DNA of 64,000 bases from Azolla caroliniana (Eukaryota; Plantae; Polypodiophyta): contig JBHGNT010000004.1 in NCBI GenBank assembly GCA_043228905.1, positions 10,974,001 to 11,038,000 of the forward strand, read 5' to 3'. Below the pieces are notes generated by a model. That model was not told the DNA's origin. It saw only the letters and a list, made by a program, of their open reading frames with translations, and searched no databases. The translations under genes and the position numbers were made by a program. Positions 36,301 to 45,849 of this stretch are shown piece after piece. The stretch's first letter is position 1, and the number at the start of each line of letters is the position of its first letter.

Positions 36301-38830
36301 GTTCCGGCGTCTTCGGCACTGTAAACTCGAGCCGGATTCCCTTCGAGCGACAGTACTCCTGGAACTGCCCCCGGTATTCCCCTCCGTTATCCGCTCGTAT
36401 CGCTTTCAGCTCCTTGCCGGATTCTCTTTCCACTCTCGCGTGGAGTTCTTTGAAGACGGACAATACTTGGTCCTTTGTCTTCAACGGTGCCGTCCACAGC
36501 TTCCGGCTGTGGTCATCAATGAATGTCACGAAGTACTGGGCTCCGCCATGTGACTTCGTTTCCACTTGACACACGTCAGTGTGCACCAACTCCAATGGTG
36601 CGCTACGTCTCGTCGGTGGCCTTGAGTGGAAGGAGGTTCGGTTCTGCTTACCGGCCAGGCAATTGGTGCACTTCTCCAGGTGCACATGCTTCACTGGAAT
36701 GAGGTTGTCATCTGCAAGCCTCTTCATCCCCTTCTCACTCATGTGGCACAGTCTCTTGTGCCACAGCTCACCGGCAGTGTCAGCTGCCACGTTCAGCTCC
36801 TCCGGACATAGCCGGGAATTCATCAGGTACAGTGTGTTGACTTTCCGGGCCCGAGCCACTATCAGACTCCCCTTGCTGAACTTCATGACACCGTTCCGGA
36901 TGCTACCCGTGTAGCCTTCATCGTCTAGCCTCCCAGCCGAAATCAGGTTCAATCGAACCTCCGGAACGTGTCGAACATCCTTCAGCAGCATTTTGCATCC
37001 GGTTGATGTCATCAGCCACACGTCTCCTATGCCGGCAATCCGGCACGTACCTTCATTTCCCATCCGGACACAGCCATGCTCACCGGCTGCGTAGGATGAG
37101 AAGTATTTCTTCTCCGGGGTCAGGTGGAACGACGCTCCGGAATCGACCACCCAGGTCATCTCTTCTCCGACAAGGTTCAGCTCCCTCTCTTCGGTAATGA
37201 GCATTATCTCTTCTTCACTTGCCGCGAGTGCTGTCGTTCCTTTCCGGTCCTGCCCTCGCCGATCCGGACCTCTCCGGTCCGTGGCTCCCCGGTATGCACC
37301 GTTTCGCTCCGGTGACTTCTTCGAATCGGTGTCGTCGGCTCCGTTGTCCTTTCGGTAATGCCGACAATTCTTCCGGAAGTGCCCCGGCTTCCCACAGTGG
37401 AAGCATGTAGGCCTTCCTCTTGACTGCGACCGGGTCCCCGACTTCTCCCGTCTTTGCGGACTCCGGTTCCATTGTCTTCCCCGATCCGATTCGGTAAGCA
37501 GCGCCTTCGTGTCGGAAGCCGGTTCTTTATCTCTCCGACGCGCTTCTTCGTTCAAAATACTTGTCTTTACCGTTTGTAAGGACAAGTTATCTTCGGTGCA
37601 CGAGGTGCTGAGAGTCACCACCAAGTTCTCCCAGCTTTCCGGCAATGTACACATCAGGATGATGGCTTGCATTGCATCCTCCAACGGGAACTTAATCGCC
37701 GCAAGCTGGTTCACGAATCCCATGAACGTGCTTACGTGTTCCACCATACTCTCGCCGTCCCGGTACTTGAGATTCACTATCTTCCTCATCAGGGAGGTCC
37801 GGTTCAACGCATTCTTCCTCTCGTAGAGGCCCGACAGCTTCTTCCACATCTCGTATGCGTTGGTGTCGTTCGCCACGTGTTGTAGGACGCTTACATCGAC
37901 ATATTGTCGGATCGTTGCTACGGCTTTCCGGTTCAGGAGCTTCCACTCCGACTCAAGTACCCCTTTCGGTATTTCCGACCTGTCAATCGGTTCGTACAGG
38001 TCCCGAACAATCAGAAGATCCTCCATCTTGATCTTCCAGTCGGCGTAGTTCTGCGCATTCAGCACCATCATCCCCGGCTGCCCGCTGCTGCCGCCTTCCA
38101 TTTTCTGCACTGCCGTCGCTCTGATACCAGTTTGTGGGGAATCGCCGCAAGCTGATTCACCTTCTCCACTCGGCCACCACCGAGTAATCGCGGATCAATG
38201 CAGCAGAAAATAGGAAATACAGAGATAGACGCGATACACAGGGATTAACGTGGAAAACCCTATACGGGAAAAAAACCACGGGAGTGCGAGACTCCAAACC
38301 AAACTATGCACAGAGAAATATACAATGGCGAGCTGCAAGGCGACGACCTTGAGCTCGCTGTCCTCGCCACAGGCGGCGGTATTACACAGAGGCGTCGACC
38401 TCTTCGTTTCTCTCTCTCTCTCTCTCTCGGCTGCTCTCACTCCGCTCTCTCGACTAGAACATAAAATGAGCAACAACAGAAACTGTTTGCCCTAAGTCAT
38501 ATTTATACACATATGACTTTCGGGCTATTTACAAATATAGCCTCAAGGGCTCTTGGCAAACATATTCACAAATATGTCCCCGCATCCGGATCTCTCTCCG
38601 GGTACACTCATCATCCGGCTCCGTAGCCGGGGTCTTCATCATCCGGTTCCGTAGCCGGGTCTTCGTCATCCGGCTCCGTAACCGGGTCTTCGTCATCCGG
38701 CTCCGTAACCGGGGTCTCTTCATCAGGCTTCATGCCGGGTACTATTCATCATCCGGTTCCGTAACCGCAACCGGGCTTGCCGTCATTTATCTCCGGGGAC
38801 ATCCCATCCGGAGGGACCGAAATCCCAACA
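33347..38830 (-). mobile_element. Intact young Ty1/Copia (Tnt1/Tork-like)
   Basis: LTRs 33347-34017 and 38133-38830 appear to differ only by one 27-bp repeat unit and about one SNP. Perfect TSD CGATT; Met PBS 38118-38129; PPT 34018-34029. Confidence 0.97.
34028..38101 (-). CDS. Uninterrupted Gag-Pol polyprotein (~1357 aa from the first ATG)
   Basis: CFHCGKPGHFRKNC, WVVDSGAS, LWHKRLCH, RADNGGEY, QMDVKTAFLHG, LYVDD, GFTDSD, HSRTKHI. Confidence 0.96.
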   Translation of the reverse strand: MEGGSSGQPGMMVLNAQNYADWKIKMEDLLIVRDLYEPIDRSEIPKGVLESEWKLLNRKAVATIRQYVDVSVLQHVANDTNAYEMWKKLSGLYERKNALNRTSLMRKIVNLKYRDGESMVEHVSTFMGFVNQLAAIKFPLEDAMQAIILMCTLPESWENLVVTLSTSCTEDNLSLQTVKTSILNEEARRRDKEPASDTKALLTESDRGRQWNRSPQRREKSGTRSQSRGRPTCFHCGKPGHFRKNCRHYRKDNGADDTDSKKSPERNGAYRGATDRRGPDRRGQDRKGTTALAASEEEIMLITEERELNLVGEEMTWVVDSGASFHLTPEKKYFSSYAAGEHGCVRMGNEGTCRIAGIGDVWLMTSTGCKMLLKDVRHVPEVRLNLISAGRLDDEGYTGSIRNGVMKFSKGSLIVARARKVNTLYLMNSRLCPEELNVAADTAGELWHKRLCHMSEKGMKRLADDNLIPVKHVHLEKCTNCLAGKQNRTSFHSRPPTRRSAPLELVHTDVCQVETKSHGGAQYFVTFIDDHSRKLWTAPLKTKDQVLSVFKELHARVERESGKELKAIRADNGGEYRGQFQEYCRSKGIRLEFTVPKTPELNGLAERMNRTIMERVRSMLAHAKLPKGFWAEAMSTATYVINRSPSVPLDGDTPQRVWTGREVSYRHLKVFGCLAYVHVAKDRRGKLDPKTRPCIFLGYGDDEFGYRVWDPVDKKIFRSRDIIFMEDKTLADWESEKKMKSSKSTGENQLYEEQSRPARDRLALEDPAEDGEETEPAEEDEYDTGTGPDPEMDSDEEESEEPVTEAPERRYPLRERRAPRRFPEPEHVLLTDEGEPESFEEAKHDTHSRRWLSVMQEEMDSLHENHTYELVELPKGKRALRNKWVFKLKPGDAGNPPRYKARIVVKGFQQKKGVDFDEIFAPVVKMTSIRTVLSIAASMDLEVEQMDVKTAFLHGDLEEEIYMQQPEGFEKKEKEHLVCRLKKSLYGLKQAPRQWYRKFDSFMTDEGYLKTQSDHCVFVKKFEGGDFLILLLYVDDMLIVGRDQVKIRMLKKALHRTFSMKDLGPARQILGMHIIRDRKKKQLWLSQEKYVTKVLHRFNMSEARPVGSTLPANCKLSSKQSPKTKAEKEDMMKVPYASAVGSLMYAMVCTRPDIGYAVGVVSRYMSNPGKEHWNAVKWTLRYLKGTANVCLRFGSGKPELDGFTDSDMSADADTSRSTLGYVMTYAGGAVSWQSRLQKTVALSTTEAEYMAAVEAGKEIIWMKDFIRELGIRQEEYRLYCDSQSAIHLAKNAAYHSRTKHIQRRYHWIRERIEDQEFVLTKIHTDENGSDMLTKVLTPDKLEACRKRIGLERHPMPK

Positions 38831-38879
38831 CGATTAACGTCATTGCCCAAAAACCCCAAAAATCTGTGATAAGAATAAA

Positions 38880-39897
38880 ATCCGTCTAAAAATTCCTCAC
38901 CCACTCGTGATGATTGGCTTCGACCCTCCCCACCATCTTCACTCATCCTCACCACAAATATTTTTTCCTTTAGTCGACATCAGCCATCTCACCGATTAAC
39001 CTGGTTCCAATGTCCACGCATATCCTGTATAATCAACAAAAACTTAGGTTAAAACATGTCCTCACCCACTCCTGCACATTGGCTTCGACCCTCCCCACCA
39101 TCTTCACTCATCCTTAACACAATAATTCTTCATTCAGTCGACAACAACCATCTCACCAAATACCACGGTGGCAATGTCCACGCATATCCTGTATTGATCA
39201 ACACAAAATTAATGTAAACATTTCCTCACCCACTCGTTATAGTCGGCTTCACCCTCCCCACCATCTTCACTCATCCTTAACACAGAAATTCTTCATACAG
39301 TCGACATCAGCCATGTCACCAATTAACACGGTGGCAATGTCCACGCATATCCTATATTGATCAACACAAAATTAGTGTAAACATTTTCTCACCCACTCGT
39401 TATAGTCGGCTTCACCCTCCCCACCATCTTCACTCAACCTTATCACTTTCACACAGAAAATTTCTTCGTTCAATCCACATCAACCGTCTAGCCAATTATC
39501 GTCATGACCAATGTCCACGAAAAAACCTGTATCAATGACAAAACAGTTAATCTCAAAGTTTCCTCACTCATGATAGACGGCTTCGACCCCCCCGCCATCT
39601 TCCCTCATCCTTATCACAAAACAAGAAATTCTTCATTCAGTCCACGTCAGCCCTCTTGCCGATTAACATCTTGCACTGTTGACGAAAAACCTGTATTAAA
39701 AACAAAAATTAGTGTAAAAATTCCCCACCCACTCACGATTGTCGACTATGACCCCGCCACCATACCCCATCCTTTTCTCTTACACATTCTTCCTTCTTTC
39801 CACATCAGCCCTCTCGTCGATTAGCTTGTTGCCAATGTCCGTGGAAAACCTGTATTTACAACACAAAAACAGTTTACACTTTCCTCACGCACTCATC
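38880..39897. repeat. ~165-bp tandem repeat (about 6 copies) directly after the LINE ORF2 stop
   Basis: Units starting TTCCTCACCCACTC near 38893, 39059, 39222, 39385, 39560, 39721 and 39881. Confidence 0.88.
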
Positions 39898-41973
39898 CTA
39901 AACGGCTGTGTTCAATATAAATGGCGCTGGTGGCGGAAACAACCATCGAGGTGGAACATAATTCCACTTTACATCTTCCCCTGTTGCATCCAAAAAAATA
40001 GGAATGGTTGACCAGACTCTTCTAAGTCGCTTTCTTTTCCGGTTAGGCCCATTTCCACAACCCTTATAGCTATCATATTCACCTTTAACTATATTTACCA
40101 ATAATTCCCAGAAAGATTTAACTTGATCCACAACATTAGTATCTTCATCATTATATATTTTAGAACACCTTGCTTTCCAAATAATCCATAAGGCCAACGA
40201 GGAAATAAAGTTCCAAACATAACACCTAGAAAAGAACTTGACTCCCTGCAAGGAGCTATTCGTAACGTACACCTGAAAACTTTTCACATGTAAAGTCAAT
40301 GATGAATTATGATAATGATAAAAAACAGTTTCTTGATCCAACGTACCCCAAAAGATTGTACCCCACGTGAATTTAGTAGCCCTATACTTACGACTTAAAA
40401 GCCTAAGAATACGAGCCCAAAAACATTTGGCCGTAACACATTCCCAAAAAGCATGATGTAAAGTCTCATATGCCCAGCCACACCTACCACATGATCGATC
40501 AGGTATTGTTCCCCTCAATAAAGCTCCTACTGGCAATGCATAATGAATCATTAACCATCGAAAGTGCAATACCTTGTTCATACATTTAAGCGACCAAAGG
40601 TGTTTCCAAAACTTCAACATATATGTAGATGAGACATTACCTTCCTCCCAATATTTTTTTCCTGCCGGAATTGACTCTATCTCATTTAACAAAAAATTCC
40701 TACCTAGTGACACAGAATATGCAAAAAATGGAAGAACTTTCTCTTGCGTACTATCAGACATTGGTAACTTCCAACCATAATCTAATGGATCCCACTGCAA
40801 ATCAACAATTGGTCTAGAATTTAAAACCCATATATGAGATGAATACTTAGCAATTAGTGGATTAGGATCTATAAATATCTTTTTTCCCAACCTAGCTATT
40901 ACTCTCACTGGCAGCTGCCTGGCAGAAGACACAATTGAAGACTCCTCCTCCACTACCAACAACCTACCATTATCGCAAACTTCATAAAAGTAAAGGCTAC
41001 CATTTTGAGTATACAGACGAGCTCCTATTAGTATATTTAATCTCGAAAACATACCATACCAATTCAAACAATGACCAAAACTCAAAGTTGGTAATGTTAC
41101 CTGATACACCGTTGACACTTGAGTTATCATAATGTTTGCCCCTCTGAAATTAGACACCCTACTCTTTTGGTCTTGCACTGAAGTCTGCAGGAAAGCAATC
41201 CAATCCGCAACCGTACGAGTTGGTCCGTTATCCATTGCAGCCCAAGATAACCTGGGTCGTAAACCTAAGACACATGCCGCTTCATCAGTAAACAAAGGAT
41301 TCCATAACAACGGCTGACGCATTAATTGATGATATGTTTTTGGTGGCAAAAAAACCAGCGCTCGACGAATACTTTCCCATGCCCTTAGAATGCCATTAAA
41401 AAAACTAAAGGACCCAACTGTCGATTTAGATAGCGGAAAATCTGAATTAAAGAACCATCTAAGACTATCACGCCAATTACCACCAACCGATGGTTTTAAT
41501 TTATATAAATGACACATCCAAAACTTTTTCCATAACTCTTGTCCAGGCAATAAACACCTAACAACATGTTTAACAAGTAATGCTTTACTTTGCATGAAAG
41601 GATCAATCAAACCTAAACCTCCTTTATGTTTGGGTTGTATAAGAACCGACCAAGCTACCTTTGCTATAGTATTGTGTACCGTATCATTTCCCCAAATAAA
41701 ATTCCGTACTAGACGTTGAACTCTAAGCATAATGGACCTAGAAAACAACCATGTAGAGGCTATATACCAAACAGATGATAAAAGCACAGAATTAGCAACA
41801 ACTACACGTCCAGCTAAGGATAACCTTTCCTTCTTCCAATATATTAGCTTATTTCTTAATCTTACCTTTATTCCTAACCCTACTCTACATCCTAGATACC
41901 TAATGGACTGTCCTTTCGGAATCCACGAGAAACCTGCGCTAGGCGCGTTAACTGGAGGGTTTCCCGCAGCCAC
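39898..41973 (-). CDS. LINE ORF2 C-terminal fragment (RT thumb region and CCHC zinc finger), lacking the N-terminus
   Basis: IRYLG, LSLAGRVVVANSVL, RNFIWG, VAWSVLIQPKHKGGLG, CGRCGWAYETLHHAFWEC, LWIIWKAR. Confidence 0.9.
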   Translation of the reverse strand: MAAGNPPVNAPSAGFSWIPKGQSIRYLGCRVGLGIKVRLRNKLIYWKKERLSLAGRVVVANSVLLSSVWYIASTWLFSRSIMLRVQRLVRNFIWGNDTVHNTIAKVAWSVLIQPKHKGGLGLIDPFMQSKALLVKHVVRCLLPGQELWKKFWMCHLYKLKPSVGGNWRDSLRWFFNSDFPLSKSTVGSFSFFNGILRAWESIRRALVFLPPKTYHQLMRQPLLWNPLFTDEAACVLGLRPRLSWAAMDNGPTRTVADWIAFLQTSVQDQKSRVSNFRGANIMITQVSTVYQVTLPTLSFGHCLNWYGMFSRLNILIGARLYTQNGSLYFYEVCDNGRLLVVEEESSIVSSARQLPVRVIARLGKKIFIDPNPLIAKYSSHIWVLNSRPIVDLQWDPLDYGWKLPMSDSTQEKVLPFFAYSVSLGRNFLLNEIESIPAGKKYWEEGNVSSTYMLKFWKHLWSLKCMNKVLHFRWLMIHYALPVGALLRGTIPDRSCGRCGWAYETLHHAFWECVTAKCFWARILRLLSRKYRATKFTWGTIFWGTLDQETVFYHYHNSSLTLHVKSFQVYVTNSSLQGVKFFSRCYVWNFISSLALWIIWKARCSKIYNDEDTNVVDQVKSFWELLVNIVKGEYDSYKGCGNGPNRKRKRLRRVWSTIPIFLDATGEDVKWNYVPPRWLFPPPAPFILNTAV

Positions 41974-44900
41974 CCAAAAACCTGATGTCCTGTGTTTAAT
42001 GTATTGATCTTATGCGTGTAACACTGTGTGTTGTGAATCGGGTCTCCACTTGACGTTAACCGGTTGAAGCCTATCGGAGTTGGAAATCCATACCGCAACC
42101 ACCCCTTTGGGGAAGTGATACGGAAGGACACCCTGTGTTAGTGGCTAGTCCGGCCCAAGAGTAACATAGTTTTGGTGACCACGATTCTTGTGGAAAACAG
42201 TGAACAACGGGGGGATGGATCACTAAGGCAACCAATGACCCAGTCGCCGAACGACAAAAAGACTAGCTGAGAGACTACGGAAGCAGGAGGCTTACCAACA
42301 TGCGGTTGAGGAGATCCGGTTGGATCGGTTTTTTTCCAAAGTGATTTGGTAGGTCGCGGAGGAGTCACTCCGATTACAGCACAATCCATACCAGGATGAA
42401 GGAAGCAATTTGAGCAGTTTGCGGGACGCGGAATCCATCCTATAGACCCTCGTGACGGGCGAGAAAGATTCGGGAGCGTTCTCGGCTATTGAATCGGATT
42501 CGGACATGGAGCACAGTGTTGAGTCCAATTATCGGAGCAATCACGACACTGTGGAAAGCCCAGAGGACGACGGTTCGGAGAACATACCGATGCCAGAACC
42601 GGAACCGTCAAAACCGGCATCCCCAGGTAACGAAATAGGGTCAGACGAGCAAGTACCGACACCACCACACAACCAAGTGGAGACTCAAGAGGAACGGGCT
42701 CCGATACCACCTCCCGAGTCACCAAAGAAATAGGATGAGTGGGTACTGACACCACCTCTGGTAGACCCGAGAGACAACGACACCATGTCGTACCAATATT
42801 CGAAATATCGGGATGACCCAGACGTGGAAGCCCACATATACGGCTTCCTCAAAACATGGGAGGCGAACCACATGTCCCAACGACTGAATGAAGTAGAGGC
42901 CGAGCGATCAAAGATAACGGAATTCGGCACATGTCCCAACGACTGAATGAAGTAGAGGCCGAGCGATCAAAGATAACGGAATTCGGCATGACCTTGGAGG
43001 GACTGGCGGCACGATGACACTCTAAGCACCTCCTCGGCACTATTGACACATTTGAAGAGTTAAAGACAAGGTTTCTACGATTCTTCCACAGACAGATGGA
43101 TCAAAGGGAAATTGTCAGGCAATTCTATATGACACGATAGGACCCAACAGACAGTTCGTCATATGGTTCCAGGAAATGCATAGTCAACTCACTAGAGCAC
43201 CACTGGAAGAAGAAGCGAAAGCGGTATTCTTGGCGGCACTTCGGGAACCCCTCCGAATAGTGTGTGCAGTCATAGATTTTCGGACCAACACAATAGCCCA
43301 GGTCATAGACCGGGTCATGGACATGGACAAGAACAGTTCTTGGATGACGATGGGGGCACTCCAACAAGCACTCCCTACAGAAGAGGACCTACGGTTTCGC
43401 CAGGCGGTCTAATGCGCGACGTGCATTAATTCGGGGCACTCAACGGTAGAATGTCCGATGAGATCACAATGCATGCTATGCCACTCCTGGTCACACACAA
43501 TGGACCGCAATGAATCGGCAGGCAACACCAGTACGGCATATCGAACCCCAGACCGACCGACAAAACGAAGAAGAACGGTTCCGTTGAGACGATCATTACA
43601 GACCGATCCAAGACGTCCGATAAGAAGATAGACGAGACGAGTAATGATAAAGGCCAGGACTATAACCGTGCTCGATATGATCGTGATTACTCCCCTGACC
43701 ATAATCGGAGGAGGGATGACCAACGAGGAGACTATGTAGATTCGGAAAGTGCCGACAGGGATATCAGAACAACTGATGCTACAATAAAAAATGGAATGCT
43801 CGAAGAGAGGAGCGTCGGGAACCGACAAAGGATTATCAACGGGAACTGGATAGAAACATCATGGGTGTTCAATCGGAGCAACGAAGATTAGAGGAGCCCA
43901 ACTGGGCAATATCCGGTTTTCAGTCGGGTAACACGGCAAAAGCAGAGACTAATAATACACGGAAGGTGTATTGCTATTATTGCAGGCAAGACAGACAATA
44001 CAGCAACCAATGTCCGGTCAAGAGCAACGAGAAACAACTGGCAGTTAATATGGTGATTGCAGAGGTGGCCGACATTGAGCAGGTCACCACCTGGTCAAAA
44101 AGGAAAGATGGTCGAATGGGAGGCTCAGGAAGCAAGCCGCGGAATGGATAGAAATGGCAAACGAACGGAATGTCACCGAAGTACATGAACAAATGAAGCT
44201 TCCGGAGGAAACAATCGGAACCATGAACGAGAACCCCATGTGGTATGCATTACAGGACTGCTAGATTATGCTACCACTGGGCCGTCAGCTGCAATTAGTG
44301 CCCTGATTCACTGATGGCTTGAAATCGACATTGGCACCACAAAACTCTGAGCCGGCTCGGGTCTTCTTTTCTAATCCGGAAGAAGGACCGGCAGTGGTGG
44401 ACACTAGCAGCCCGACAATCACAACCATCGTCAAGGGACGTGAGGTACCCGGAACAATCGTCGATGATGGATCAAGGGTGAATGTCATTAGCCAGCGAAC
44501 ATGCGATACATTGGGAATACAAGAATGGGAACCATGCCCGTTCTGGCTTCGGATGGCAAATACCAGTTCGGTCCGACCAGCTGGATTAATTCGGGATTTG
44601 GAAGTCACAATCGGAGGACATACATTTTGGATTTCCACAGTGGTACTGCGGTTGAACACGAACGGAGCATATCCTTTATTGTTGGGACGACCATGGCTAC
44701 AAACAACACATATAAAAGAGAGCTGGCAAAAAAATATTATTACATTCCGGAGAGGGAAAGCCAAGGTGCGAGTGCTGACACAACCCCGAGCAGGCGCAAG
44801 CAAGGACGTAATGCCATTGCATGCCGAAAGCATTAACATGTTGGATGGGCTAGCCGACGAAGAGGTAGATCGATACCTCGACGAGCACCCAAAGATAGTC

Positions 44901-45849
44901 CCATTGTTCGAAGTGGATGTTGCGGAAGCAGTCACCCGTATATCGTGCAACCGGAAGAAGTCGATAAGGAACCGGATCAGGACACCATTCGGGAATTACG
45001 TCAGGCCCAAGAAGCCCTGGACCGGGAAATGGCAATATCGCAATGAGTAACAGTGTTGCAGTTGGAGGAAGTAAACCTAGGAACCGGGGAAGAGTCCCAA
45101 CTGGTAAATGTGGCAAAAGAAATACCATCGGCAGAAAAATCGGCAATGGAGGCGCTACTAAAAGAATTCTGGGATGTATTCGCATGAAGACATGCGAGGA
45201 TTGGACCCCCAACTATCTCAACACCAGATCCACTTGAGCAAGGATGCAAAACTGGTAGTACAGAGACGATACCGTATGAATCCGAATTATGCAGCCAAAG
45301 TAAAGGAAGAAATTGACAAATTACTTCGAGTCGTTTTTATCGGGCCAGTGAAGCAGGCAACATGGCTAATGTTATTCCTTAGGGCCGGACAGTGGCCTAA
45401 CACAGGGTGTCTACGGGAGACACTTCACCAAAGGGTGTTATGGCGAGATAACTTAAGACTCAACGTTTAATCCGAGTTTAATTGGTTACTTAGTAATATG
45501 GCCTTAACTTGATACACACGTATGATAGAACAATTAGCACAGAATGGTAATCAACATTTAAAGATAAACAAGAAGCTTTATTAATTATCCATCAAAGTTT
45601 TACCTTATAGCCGGGCCTTTATATAGGTCACTAGTGCTGAGTAACAAATGGTGCCAACCGGCACTTGTTCGGAACCGGTCCGGATCCGGATCGGCATACC
45701 GATTCCGGTCCGTCCGTTCACGTCTCATAAAGTACTTAATTATAATCTATTCCGAATAAACAATCCCTTTCACATTCTGGTCTTTAACTGCTTTGCCGGC
45801 CGGGTAACACATGGCACACCCGTGGGACAGTACCTTGTACGTCGAATCC

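Larger units (their letters stand above)
32606..41986 (-). mobile_element. 5'-truncated L1-type LINE with poly(A) tail, interrupted by a Copia
   Basis: T16 at 32606-32621; 17-19-bp TSD GTCCTGTGTTTAATGTA(TT) at 32589 and 41987; ORF2 C-terminal region. Confidence 0.92.

Noticed and set aside
34133-38155. Many plus-strand ORFs over the intact Copia (and similar shadow ORFs elsewhere)
   Set aside because: Antisense shadows of a GC-rich coding sequence with no independent motifs.
42869-42987. 59-bp tandem duplication in element C gag as a functional feature
   Set aside because: It shifts the frame in an already decayed gene; most likely a local repair or slippage event.
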